From assembly GCA_034780895.1 (NCBI GenBank), contig JAUZTB010000118.1, forward strand, positions 77,646,557-77,710,556: 64,000 bases of DNA. Reading direction: 5' to 3'. How positions within the stretch are numbered: the stretch's first letter is position 1; each line of letters starts with the position of its first letter. Below the pieces are notes generated by a model that was given only the letters and a program-made list of their open reading frames with translations, had not been told where the DNA came from and made no database searches. This DNA comes from Rhynchobatus australiae (taxonomy: Eukaryota). Below are positions 1 through 11,470 of the stretch, in pieces. The translations under genes and the position numbers were made by a program.

Positions 1-167
1 CACAAATTCCTAACCTGTACGTCTTTGGAATGTGGGAGGAAACTGGAGCACCCGGAGGAAACCCATGCAGTCACGGGGAGAACGGACAAACTCCTTACAG
101 ATAGTGGACGGAATCGAACCCGGGTCACTGGCGCTGTAAAGCGTTATGCTAACCACTACACTACCGT
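1..167 (-). mobile_element. tRNA-derived V-SINE (HE1-like), truncated by the window start
   Basis: The reverse complement carries a tRNA-like head with A/B boxes (gtagtgtagtggttagc…gggttcgattcc) and the V-domain ggtttcctccgggtgctccagtttcctcccacattccaaagac. Confidence 0.9.
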
Positions 168-904
168 ATCACCCCATCATGCATTTCTCTCCAAAAATCT
201 AAATTAATATAGCTTTGGTAACGAAAAACCGTAAAGGTAACATATAGATGATCTCACATACATGTTCTCATCTTGGGTTCTACAATATGGATTTGATTCA
301 GATACATTTGCTGCCCAATATTCCAGTTTCAAACACGTGCCTGTTGTGTGAAAAGCCCTCTAGAGGAGTGGTCCCTATTGATCAGTCTGCAACCTGCTGC
401 TGTTTAAGGACATTTCATCTGGCAATGGTTTGGAACCATTCACAGTGCAGTGTAAGAGGTGCAAAGAGGAAGAAGTTTGTGATTGCAGAGACGCAGAGTC
501 TAATAATATCATACAACTCTGAAAAACAAAAAAAAACAAAAATTAAACTGTGCCCAAGAATCAGGGATTGCAACCAGGGCTGGAACAGCTCAGAAACGAA
601 AGTTGCAGATGAATCTCAGATCAATCCTGAGGCATCAGCTCCAGGACTGTACCTGTATTTGGTGAGCACTGGAAGAGTTGCTGCACTTCACATCCAACTC
701 AGGCTCACGTTAATTATTCATATCCTCAACAGTAATCACATTTTAACCATTTTTATGATACTATTAAAATACTTCCATTGTCTTCTAATTAATTCCTACA
801 TTCATTTTTCTACTGTTTTACAGATTGAATACCAGAACCTGATATTTCTCCAAATAAATTTCTCTCATTTTCTTTTCTAATCTCTCCACATTTTATCTTG
901 TAAA

Positions 905-1234
905 TACCTTTGGCTCACCAAGTCCACACTGATCAGAAAAACCTATTTTTACATGAATCCTACCCAAACCCATTTTATTCTTCCCACATCCATATCAATT
1001 CCTCCCAGATTCTACCTTTCATCTGCACGCCAGGGTCAATTTACAGTGATCAATTAATCTATCAACCTGAACATTTTTTGGAATGGGAAAGGAACGTAGA
1101 GCACACGGAGGAAACCCACACTATCACCAAAAGAATGTGCAAACTCCACACAGACAGCGCCAGAGGTCAGGATTGAACCCGGGTTGCTGGAACTATGAGG
1201 CATCTGCTCTTCTAGCTGCACCAGTGTGTTGCCC
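905..1234 (-). mobile_element. V-SINE (HE1-like), diverged
   Basis: gagcacacggaggaaacccacac…aaactccacacagacagc…ggattgaacccggg is the same V-domain and B-box in reverse orientation. Confidence 0.85.
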
Positions 1235-1269
1235 TGACTTTTGTCTTCTTTAATAATTTGAAATACTTC

Positions 1270-2945
1270 TATCAGATTGCTTCATAACCTGCCTAGTTCT
1301 AATGGATGAATATGCAACATTTCAGGATCTTTTTTATATTTGTATTTCCTCATATCAGGCAGCATCCTAATGAAGCTGCATTGTACTCCCCCTAAAGTCC
1401 TTATATCTTGCTGATAGTGTGGAGCTCAAAATGCCACATGGTTCACTAATTAGTTTTATTCATGTTCTCCATANNNNNNNNNNNNNNNNNNNNNNNNNNN
1501 NNNNNNNNNNNNNNNNNNNNNNNNNNNNNNNNNNNNNNNNNNNNNNNNNNNNNNNNNNNNNNNNNNNNNNNNNCCATAAGTTCACTATTACCTCTTGACT
1601 TTTATATTCTACATACCATGAAAAATAAAACCTATAAATCATACTGATTTGTTATGATCTTATCAATCTGAGATGCTGCCTTTAATTTCCTGCATAATCA
1701 TACTCACGGTTTAATGTGATGTGTAACCATACCACACTATCGAATTACTTCTGTTTGGAGTACCGTATTTATTTGTCTAACCAAAATTCATCCCCTCAGT
1801 CTTTAAGCTGATTTCCCCGACTATGTAGTTTCCTTTTTGTCTTTTAAATAATTAATTATACTTGCTATTTCCATATCAATCAACATTCTCTTCTAGGAAG
1901 ATTGATTTATACAGTGAGAGGAAATGGCTCTAGAATGGAATCCTGCACCTATTTTCAAGAACTGCATTAGAAGCAGCATTTACTCATATTCCATCTTCTA
2001 CATTCTAGCAAGTTTTAAATAAAGTCTGTTATTCTGCCCCCACCAAACCTTGTTCCATACACCTTGGTCCTATGTAATTATCTTCCAACTGAAGCTTTTC
2101 AAAGGCTGCATTTTGTCAGCCATGTTTCCTCCATCCACTGTGGTTGTTAACTCCTTAAATAACTTTCCATAGTTTGCCAAGCTTTCAAAATGATACTAAC
2201 ATTTACTTAATTTGCTCACAAACATTTAAGGATTATTACCTCTCTTATATTCTTCTCTTTACTATTAATAACTACCTCTGCCTTTTTTTGTTCAATTGCA
2301 TTTGCAACTCTCACCTCTGAGGAGCCTTATCCCACTAGTTCACTTGCAAAGCACTTTAATTTTTTTGATATTTTTTGATTTAGCTTCTCATATTTCCTCT
2401 TAGGTTTCCTCTTCCCACAATAAATATATTTTCTCAAATTATGTTCAGTTTTTCAATATTAATATTTTATAATCCAAAAGCCATTGGTTTCTAACATTTT
2501 TATTTATCCATGACATTTCAAAAAATGACAGTATTTTTCTTTTTTATTGAAATGCCCTCATTTGGTATCTTTATGATTGTGTTTTTGTAACATTTTACTG
2601 TTTTCTCTAAAGTTGTGTGTGCCAGCTCCTTTTTCACCTCAAATGACCCAGCTAGATCCTCTCTTAAAAAACTCTTTGTTAATTCAATCAGATATTCCCC
2701 TTTTGTACTAAATTATTGTCTATTTAAACCTTAATCCACTGTTAGCAACTTTGCCAAGGTGTTTTCCTACAATTAGAACAGCTACTTGATCAATGTCACC
2801 ATTTATAACTGGATTTAGCAACACCTCCTATTGTGGATCTACTAATACACTGCTTTTGGAATGATGTATGTACTTTTGGCACACAATTCTCATTTCTCTA
2901 CATGCTTCCTCTATGCTTCAATGGAAAATTAGATTATTAAAACAA
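1270..2945 (-). mobile_element. Highly decayed CR1-clade LINE (ORF2 remnant)
   Basis: Patches resemble antisense elasmobranch CR1 ORF2 (gcagcatcctaatgaa…atagtgtggagctcaaaatgccac; ccaaaattcatcccctca; gttaactccttaaataac). No open frame remains. Confidence 0.55.
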
Positions 2946-3029
2946 TAGCTCTGTTATTCTTATTTATTTCTCTAATCAGAGTCCAACATTTCTCATCCTT
3001 TTCCTTTTATAATGTGGACATCTGTAATG

Positions 3030-3325
3030 TAACATCAGCTGCTTGTTCAAATGACATCTCCGAAACCAGTGACCTCTGCTAAAGAGATAAGGGCACTTGG
3101 CCCAGGAGAACATCACCACCTGCAGGTTACCCTCCTCATCGTGACCTGGAAATATTGCCATTTCTTTGTTGTTGGTTGGACCCTAGAATTATCTATTCCC
3201 TATAGTGTAGTGAGAGCACCTTTACCAAAAGGACTGTCTTTGTTCAAGAAGGGGCTCATTGCTTCCTTCTTATGGGAAATTAGGATGAGCAATAATGTTG
3301 ACCTTGTTAGCAATGCACACACACG
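3030..3325 (+). mobile_element. LINE 3' end (CR1/L2 group)
   Basis: gaacatcaccacctgcaggttaccctc…gttcaagaaggggctcattg…aattaggatgagcaataatg resembles a common shark/ray LINE 3' terminus. It explains ORF 3051-3548. Confidence 0.7.
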
Positions 3326-4651
3326 GCAAGCCAATACGGTAAAAATAAATCACAATTTATCCTTGGTTTCCAATTATGTTGACTTGGCCTGTACTCTTCC
3401 TTCCCCACAGCAACAATGTCAAAAAGATGATTTTTATATGCCCAAAATTAATATACTATTATATTTGTGGCCTTCTTCATCTTTACTGGATATGCAGGGA
3501 GCCTTTGGAAACTTTCTTTCAAAACAAACGTTGATAATATTTTCTTAAAAATATCCAAACTTATGTAAAGTCTGCTTGCATGTCAAACAGAATAGAAAAC
3601 ACATAAAGGAGTTCAGATGCTAAGAGTGCCATGGGACCCACTTTACAATTAGAGAGCCTTTTAAATACAGTGATTACAAGGAAGTAATCTAATCAAATGG
3701 TTCGGATGACATCACAAACCGCAAGACTGAAGCTCCAAAGGTTAATAGCTGTCATCCCACTTTGGGATTTGATTACATCCTTGACATCACTCTGTGGTAT
3801 CTTCTACTGTTTAGAAAATATATTGTTTTCATTTCTGGTGCAGGTTTTATTTGGTTTCTGTGGCTGCAATGGCCTTCAGTGTAGGCGCCAACTGTTGATA
3901 TGTTCCATGCTCATGATCCATGGTGACATTTACTATAGACAAACAGCCTCAGTGAAATAATAATTGCAGATATATCAAGAACTAATCAGCAGATGGTTGC
4001 AAAGAGAATCTATGNNNNNNNNNNNNNNNNNNNNNNNNNNNNNNNNNNNNNNNNNNNNNNNNNNGGAAAATGAAGCTAAATCTACCTTGGAGACTTCTGT
4101 TTAAATTGAAAATTTTGACCGGATTAGGAGAATGTGAATATTATTTGTGCATTAACACTTCATATAGATAGGAGGGCTAGATATCTGGTTCAATATGATT
4201 AAGGCTATGTGCAATAAAATAAACAACTTTTAACAGATACTTCTGTAGGGATACTTGATTCTGATAAGAATCTTTGTGATAAAATAGAATGAGAGCATCC
4301 AAATAATTAAAATGGAATAATATGCCAACTATGTAGCTCCTATCGGTTATAAATATTCTTACATATTTTGCAACCTTGTCACTCATTGATCAGTTATCTG
4401 ATAAGAATAAGTACAACCAACTTTAAAAAAAAACATGCCTGGACATTCCCCTTTTGGGTAGGGATAGAGAAAACAAAAGCAGAAAAGGCAGAAATTTAAT
4501 TAAAATTGCATAATGAAGTTTAATAGCCAGCTGATGACTTCCAGGCCGGCTGAGGATTACTTCATTCCCTCCATATTCAGAACTGGAGTCTGAAATGTGG
4601 CTCATTGACTCATGTTACTGCCATAGAGCCTGGTGAATCCTTGATGATTTA

Positions 4652-4871
4652 CAGGTCCTCCCCGGGTTATGAACGCCCAACTTATGTACAGCCCGTACAT
4701 ATGAATGAGTGCTTGGGAGACAGGAGGGATGGATTTGGCAGCTGCTGCAGGGCTGCCGGCATCTTCTGCCGGGTGAGAACTCGGCTGACAGCTGCATTTC
4801 CGACTTGGGAACCGTTCGGGTTATGAACAATTCACAGGAACAGAACCCTGACGTAACCTGGGGAGGACCTG
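4652..4871. mobile_element. Tc1/mariner (Tigger/pogo-type) MITE, 220 bp
   Basis: TIRs caggtcctccccgggttatg and the reverse complement of cgtaacctggggaggacctg match at 18/20. TA target duplications lie at 4650-4651 and 4872-4873. The sequence cgggttatgaac is repeated subterminally. Confidence 0.9.
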
Positions 4872-4894
4872 TATTCAATAAATAGGTACCTATG

Positions 4895-4985
4895 CTGATG
4901 CAGGGTCTTGACACTCAATATCAACTCTTCCTTTGCCTCCACAGATGCTGCCTGACCCACTGAGTTCTCCAGCAGTTTGTGCCTT
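4895..4985 (+). mobile_element. Penelope-like terminal repeat fragment with decayed hammerhead core
   Basis: ctgatgcagggtcttgacactcaatatcaact…acagatgctgcctgacccactgagttctccagca, the same family as 7498, 44469 and 55390. Confidence 0.7.
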
Positions 4986-7149
4986 TTAACTATTCGATGT
5001 GTTGTATAACACTCCAATATCGAACGCTGTTGCTGCCAGCCAGATTTGCATCAGTGTGAATTTATCTTGAAGCAGTCATCACAGATCAGTACTAATAATG
5101 ACTTGTATTTTAAATTTAAAGGAATAGAANNNNNNNNNNNNNNNNNNNNNNNNNNNNNNNNNNNNNNNNNNNNNNNNNNNNNNNNNNNNNNNNNNNNNNN
5201 NNNNNNNNNNNNNNNNNNNNNNNNNNNNNNNNNNNNNNNNNNNNNNNNNNNNNNNNNNNNNNNNNNNNNNNNNNNNNNNNNNNNNNNNNNNNNNNNNNNN
5301 NNNNNNNNNNNNNNNNNNNNNNNNNNNNNNNNNNNNNNNNNNNNNNNNNNNNNNNNNNNNNNNNNNNNNNNNNNNNNNNNNNNNNNNNNNNNNNNNNNNN
5401 NNNNNNNNNNNNNNNNNNNNNNNNNNNNNNNNNNNNNNNNNNNNNNNNNNNNNNNNNNNNNNNNNNNNNNNNNNNNNNNNNNNNNNNNNNNNNNNNNNNN
5501 NNNNNNNNNNNNNNNNNNNNNNNNNNNNNNNNNNNNNNNNNNNNNNNNNNNNNNNNNNNNNNNNNNNNNNNNNNNNNNNNNNNNNNNNNNNNNNNNNNNN
5601 NNNNNNNNNNNNNNNNNNNNNNNNNNNNNNNNNNNNNNNNNNNNNNNNNNNNNNNNNNNNNNNNNNNNNNNNNNNNNNNNNNNNNNNNNNNNNNNNNNNN
5701 NNNNNNNNNNNNNNNNNNNNNNNNNNNNNNNNNNNNNNNNNNNNNNNNNNNNNNNNNNNNNNNNNNNNNNNNNNNNNNNNNNNNNNNNNNNNNNNNNNNN
5801 NNNNNNNNNNNNNNNNNNNNNNNNNNNNNNNNNNNNNNNNNNNNNNNNNNNNNNNNNNNNNNNNNNNNNNNNNNNNNNNNNNNNNNNNNNNNNNNNNNNN
5901 NNNNNNNNNNNNNNNNCAAAGACAGAAGGAGGAAGAGCATCTGTTCAGGCCCTCTTGTCAGTCACGGAAGAAGGACGACTGAGGATAGATTGCATCAGGA
6001 ATGTGGTGAGCTGTGAGGCTGGAAGACAGAACTCTTGGTCACTTGATATTGTTTCTTCACACTCAAATCTCAGCCTCATGTGATACATGCTGTTTGTAGC
6101 AGCCAATCATCTCTCTCTGCTTATTCTTCACATTAAACAATATATTTTTGGCCCTCTATTCACCTTCAGGCCATCAAAGCAGGAATCCAAATGCTGAGGA
6201 ACCGTCAGTAAGCAATAATAATGATGACACAGTGTCACTGAAATTTACCCTACTGGCATCAGCATGGTAGGTATTGGAGGGGGGGGTATGATCAAGGTGT
6301 CTGTATTGCAAGGTTAATTAAGCATGTGCACAGGAAAATGGGCAGGATTGGGCAGGACTCTTAACTTTGTTGTAGGGAGCACATAAAGACTGTGAGGGTG
6401 AAACCTACTTGCAAAGACTATTCCTTATCCACTAGCATCTGTTAGGTGCATTGAGCAGCCTGTCATTGATCTATTCCATTCACAATGAATGGAAGAGTTG
6501 CTTTAGCATGTCTGAAGTCAGCCAGCAAAGTACTGAAACCATGCAGTCAAAAACAGTACAAGTGGACACTGGAATGTGATCTAAAACGTTGGACCTCTGG
6601 TGACAGCTTTTAGCTTTGTGGGGAGAGCAGCCTGCTATCTTTAAGGCAGTGCAGTATCTCCTCCACCAATGAATGCGAGTGAAGATAAGGGAGTGGAGAA
6701 CATGGCCAGGGGTTTCCCAAGTGTCACCATGTACTCACAGGGCATGGCAGAGTAGATGTGCAGTACAGTGAGGGTGGTCCTGGCTCTATAGGTGAGGCTC
6801 TTGCTTTAGCTTCTGAGGTTTTCAAGTCATATTAGTGCGGATAAACAATCAGAGACTCCAGGCACAAAGTTATTGCACTGAGGTGATTGCAGTTCAGTAT
6901 AAAGAAAAGGAAAAGTTATTACACTTATAAAATGCTTATTGCAGAGAGTTTAATTTTTTTGCATTAATGTTGGACATCATATTTGCAGAAGTATGTGGGA
7001 AAGACTTGCACAGAGGCAGTGTTGGGAGCCATTCAGAAAGTGGGTGAAATGTTGGGCTATTGACATGCTGGAACATGGAAAGTTTGCTTAAGAGTATCTT
7101 TGAATATATTTTCCCTTATGGCTGTAGCCTTGTTGAAACTCATTTTCTT

Positions 7150-8500
7150 CTTTCCTCCCAACCCCTTCTTCAAAGTTCTGGACATTTTCCTCTTGTGGTG
7201 ACTGCAAAGCTTGGCCCCTATATGAATAACAAAGGTGTGGCGTTTCCTGAATTCTACACAAGTCTGGAGAGTTGGTCAGGGTTGCACTGTGAAACTCTAT
7301 CAGATTCCATGCACTGAGATCCTTGTTTGTAGATATCAATTGCTTGCTCAACAGATCTCATATCTCAATGCATCTTATTGTATTGATGCACAATCCACAT
7401 GTCTGGATCTGTAATTGGAGCCACGAGCTTCAGCCCTATCTGTAAGGAATTAGCCCGAAAGCCACTTGTCTGCTTCAAAAAGGGGAAACTAAGATCAAAA
7501 AAGACTGCAGATGTTGAAAATCTGAAATAAAATCAGAAAATGCTGGAAAAACTTAGCAGGCCAGACAGCGCCTGTGGAGAGAGATGCAGAGTTAACCATC
7601 TGAAGTGTTTCACTCTTTTCAGATGCTGCCTGCCCTGTTGAGTATTTTCCTTTTTTAAAAATTTTCTATCAGGAGGCAACAGAGGTCTGAGGAGGAATGA
7701 AGGCATCAAGGTAAGAGCCTGGAAACTCGGCAAAGACTAATGTTTTCACTGCCTGTAGTTCGAGCCTACTTGAATGATGAAGGAGCACAGATCTTTCCTG
7801 CTAAAATAAAGGGATGCCGATCTTCTTGAAGTAACTGTCATGGTTCTGAGTTCTAGCGTTCAGTTTGGCTCCTTTAATGCTTTGTTGTCCAGCACATGGA
7901 TTCCATGCTGGACTGATTACATAACTACACACACCTGAGCCCCATCAGGGGCCTAGCATAAGTACCTGGGTTTCTCTAGCACTAGTTGCCAGAGTATTGG
8001 TCANNNNNNNNNNNNNNNNNNNNNNNNNNNNNNNNNNNNNNNNNNNNNNNNNNNNNNNNNNNNNNNNNNNNNNNNNNNNNNNNNNNNNNNNNNNNNNNNN
8101 NNNGGTTTCTCTAGCACTAGTTGCCAGAGTATTGGTCTACCTTTGGCTCCTAGTTGCTTAGAGTGGTCTACTCTAGAACAGTCCTGTGTTTCTCTATTCC
8201 TTTTCAAAGATCCAGTTCATGTTGGGATTCCTCTTCAGATCTCTGGGGCAAGATTCCTTCCAGTTGCTGCCAGTGTTTGTCCTGAGGAAGTATCCTGACT
8301 GCAGTCTTGTATCGATGTGCCGCATTTGGGTTCTCTGCGAGCTTGCTCTTTGATCAACATTGTGACAGAAGAGGGTGCAGGGCAATGTGTGAACAAGCAA
8401 AAGCATCTTGCCTCTGGAGACATCAAGCAGTCTGGGGAAAATCTGCTTGTGCCCTGAAGCCTGCATTGGGAAAGTCCCGCACTGTTCTGTCCTAAGAATG
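7150..8500 (-). pseudogene. Decayed PIF/Harbinger (HARBI1-like) DDE transposase
   Basis: The minus strand near 7250-7435 reads …QYNKMH*DMRSVEQAIDIYKQGSQCMESDRVSQCNPDQLSRLV, compared with Harbinger YNxxHxxxRxxIExxxGxLKxRFRCL…QYSP. Near 7810-7862 it reads NARTQNHDSYF…IPLF, compared with ARYPGSxHDxxIL. Stops and frameshifts are present. Confidence 0.55.
7498..7670. mobile_element. Penelope-like terminal repeats in inverted arrangement
   Basis: Left arm ggaaaaacttagcaggccagacagcgcctg is the approximate reverse complement of right arm cagatgctgcctgccctgttgagtattttcc. Confidence 0.75.
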
Positions 8501-9099
8501 GAAGTTATCTGTAACCTGTGAGAAAGCCACACGGTCAGCAAATTGGCTGTTTCTGATCTCATGCATTACAGTTTAAAGCTAAATTTGCATATGGACTTTC
8601 AGAATCACTGTTGCTTTCAAGGCCACAGGTTGCATGTACTCTTGTTTGGTTCCAGTTTCTGTTGCCTGCTTGCAAAATAGCTTTCTCATTCCCTACAGCT
8701 CTGTCCTGTCAGGTACAACACATTCCCGGCTTTGAGGCTCCAGTTACCCTCTGTCTGTTACTTTGAGCTGGCAACATCATTCAATTGTCTGACACCAGAC
8801 TCCCAAAACAGGCACTCTATTCCATGCTCCATCATGGGACGAGATTATCAAGTGGACCGAGAAAGACTTTGAAGAGGCCTTGAGTGCACCTATGAATCCT
8901 CTTCTCTGTCCACCTGGTAATAGAGCATGGAATAGAGTCCCTGCTTTCCGAGTCTGCTGTCAGACAATTGAATGATGAGGCCAGCCCATCAGGAGACCTT
9001 GAGTACATCCATGGATCAAGTGAAACACTCCCACTGATTCCTATGACCCTCTGGCCCATGACTGCTCAAAATGAAGAATGAGCATTCAGGATGGTATTG

Positions 9100-9296
9100 G
9101 GAACCATGGATTGGGAACATGCAGAAGGAGCACACCACCTCACAAACCAACCGCCCGTTGCCCTGTCAGGGGCCTCCTGCCCCATCTGTGGCAGCCTGCT
9201 GTTCCACATTGGCTTTATTAGCCACCTCAGAATCTCCAAAACCCGAGTGGGATCAAGTCATCCTCGATCCTGAGGGAGTTCCTCAGAAGAAGACAA
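9100..9296 (+). mobile_element. RTE-clade LINE 3' end
   Basis: Encodes SCPICGSLLFHIGFISHLR (C-terminal zinc-finger-like motif), then caagtcatcctcgatcctgaggga and an (aga)n tail. Homologous to about 53990-54110 in this window. Confidence 0.8.
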
Positions 9297-10010
9297 CACC
9301 CAATTCAAGAAGGCCCAGGAGCTGTAAACTTCCATGGCCCTTGATTCTTCTACCGGCTTTGTTGACCTTCCACTGTTCCTTGCAGCCTGCTTGCTCTTGC
9401 TATTACTGCTGCAGCCTCAGCAACATAGCTATAATTTCCAAACCTCCCGAAGTCACAGAAACAGGCCATTCAACATCATTGGTCTCTGACAATGTTTATA
9501 TTCTATTGCCCATTTCATCTGACCCCTTCCTCCATTTCTCTCTGCATCTGCTTTATTTTTAGTTATATGGGATGTAATTATGTGGAAAATGATTTATCAA
9601 ATTCCACTGATTCAATGAAAGTATATATAGGGAGAGATATAAAAAATGTACGGGCAATTTATTGTCATCATTCATGGTGCTGCATCTGATTGAGCTTTAC
9701 CTGTTATGTCCCCAACTTTGCCTGGCTTGTTAAATCAAAGCTATCAAAGTCTACCAGTTTTATTTTCAGATCAATAGCTCTACTAAAATTGGCTCCCTAT
9801 CTCTTAGTTCCATACACAGTTTTGTTTCAGTCCACTGTGAAACAACACATACTAATTCAAATTTCAATTCATCAGAGCCAAAGAAATTCTCAAGCAAGTT
9901 TCAAGCTAATACAGAAATAGGAAGAGGAGGAGGGGAAAATAACATTTATATCGATTTTTCTCTGATACCGTGGAATTTGAAGTTGTTGGTTTTATATGGT
10001 TGAATTTTCA

Positions 10011-10056
10011 GATTTCCATCAACTGAACTTTCTGATTTACATCAACTGAACTTTCT
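10011..10056. repeat. 23-bp tandem duplication
   Basis: gatttccatcaactgaactttct followed by gatttacatcaactgaactttct (one mismatch). Confidence 0.9.
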
Positions 10057-10108
10057 TTGAGTCGCCGGTGACGGTGGAAAGGTTGAGTGTCGGCAGTAGG
10101 TGGTGACG

Positions 10109-10122
10109 CCGCCAGGGGGAGC
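10109..10122 (+). promoter_or_regulatory. CTCF core motif
   Basis: CCGCCAGGGGGAGC matches the CTCF core CCASYAGRKGGCRC at most positions and lies at the 5' edge of the CpG island. Confidence 0.6.
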
Positions 10123-11444
10123 GTTGGAGCCGTCTAACCAGCCGCTCCGATTTGCAAGTTCAATCACGGAGGCTGGCTGAGCGAGGCAGACACATTCACA
10201 CTCCCGAATAAACAGGGGAGCGGAAAGAGCAGGCACACAACGTGCGAAAAAAACGGGCAAACACTCATCCTGGTTAAATTCGATAGACTGCGTGTTGGAG
10301 CAAAGCTGGGTGACGTGATGGCAGCTGTTGTGACAAGTGAAAATCATTTGCAAGAATGCCTCACTGCTGGTCTATGACTTTGTTTTGAAAGGATTTATAA
10401 CTAATGATGCGGGACAAATAACATCAACTCTCCATCCGAGCGAACGTATGTCTGAGCTTACATTTTCACGGCACTTCTGTAAGGCCGTCCGTTTAACCTG
10501 ACAAGCCGGAATGGGTACATTCTGTTACCTAGCTTGTTCACTAACAGGTGAGTTTCTCATCATGAAGTCGAGGCGCCCTCCTTTGCAAAGGGGCAGGTGG
10601 TCCCGGAGATCGGGGGGGGGGGGGCACGACGGCTGGGGAGGTAAGGTGAGAGGAGGTGCTGGGACGCTGAGGAGAGAGGAGGTGATGATTGCTTGTGCAG
10701 CACCGGCCGCCGGCCCCGCCAGTGCTATGGCTTGGCTGGGCTGGGAGCGAGTGCAGATACTGGCGGAGGGGAGGGGGGTGGGGAGTCCGGTTGGGNNNNN
10801 NNNNNNNNNNNNNNNNNNNNNNNNNNNNNNNNNNNNNNNNNNNNNNNNNNNNNNNNNNNNNNNNNNNNNNNNNNNNNNNNNNNNNNNNNNNNNNNNNNNN
10901 NNNNNNNNNNNNNNNNNNNNNNNNNNNNNNNNNNNNNNNNNNNNNNNNNNNNNNNNNNNNNNNNNCCCCAAAACAAGTCGGAGCCGCCAGACTGTCAATG
11001 AAGCGGCGGCACCCTCGTCCTGCAGCCTCGGCTCTCCGCCCAACTCGGATCTCTCTCCTTCGGATCCCGGCTGCTGGTTCACCTCAGCCCGGCAGGGGAG
11101 GGGCACACACCAAGCCCGGCCAGAAACCCACCCATCTCCCCTCGCCCCTGTGCGGGAGGGGCAGCTCCCGCCTGTCTCGGTGACTGCCGCCCGCACCGCG
11201 CCGGCGGAGAGCTTGCACTGTGAGTGCAAGGAAAGCTGCGGCGGCGACTTGGTTCCAGCCCGTCAGACCATATCTTCAGTGGGGGTGGGTGGGGGGTGGG
11301 GGGGGTTTTGGGGAGGGAGGGGTAGGCGAGTCAAAAAAAAAGAAAGGATGCTGTGACTGATTGACTGGATGCTGTCGCCTCGGGAATCTCCAGCCGGTCT
11401 TGTTATACTCCCAGTAACTGAATACATATAATTTAAAACATCGA

Positions 11445-11470
11445 TCTCTCTCTCTCTCTCACACACGCAC
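11445..11470. repeat. (CT)n(CA)n microsatellite
   Basis: Direct reading. Confidence 0.85.

Noticed and set aside
248-880. 210-aa ORF, the longest gap-free ORF
   Set aside because: No recognisable domain. It runs through an A-tract and an AT-rich low-complexity tail between two SINEs, and has no exon-like boundaries.
5046-6083. 345-aa and 274-aa ORFs, and similar ones at 10511-11356 and 31965-32355
   Set aside because: They are open only because they read through N gaps.
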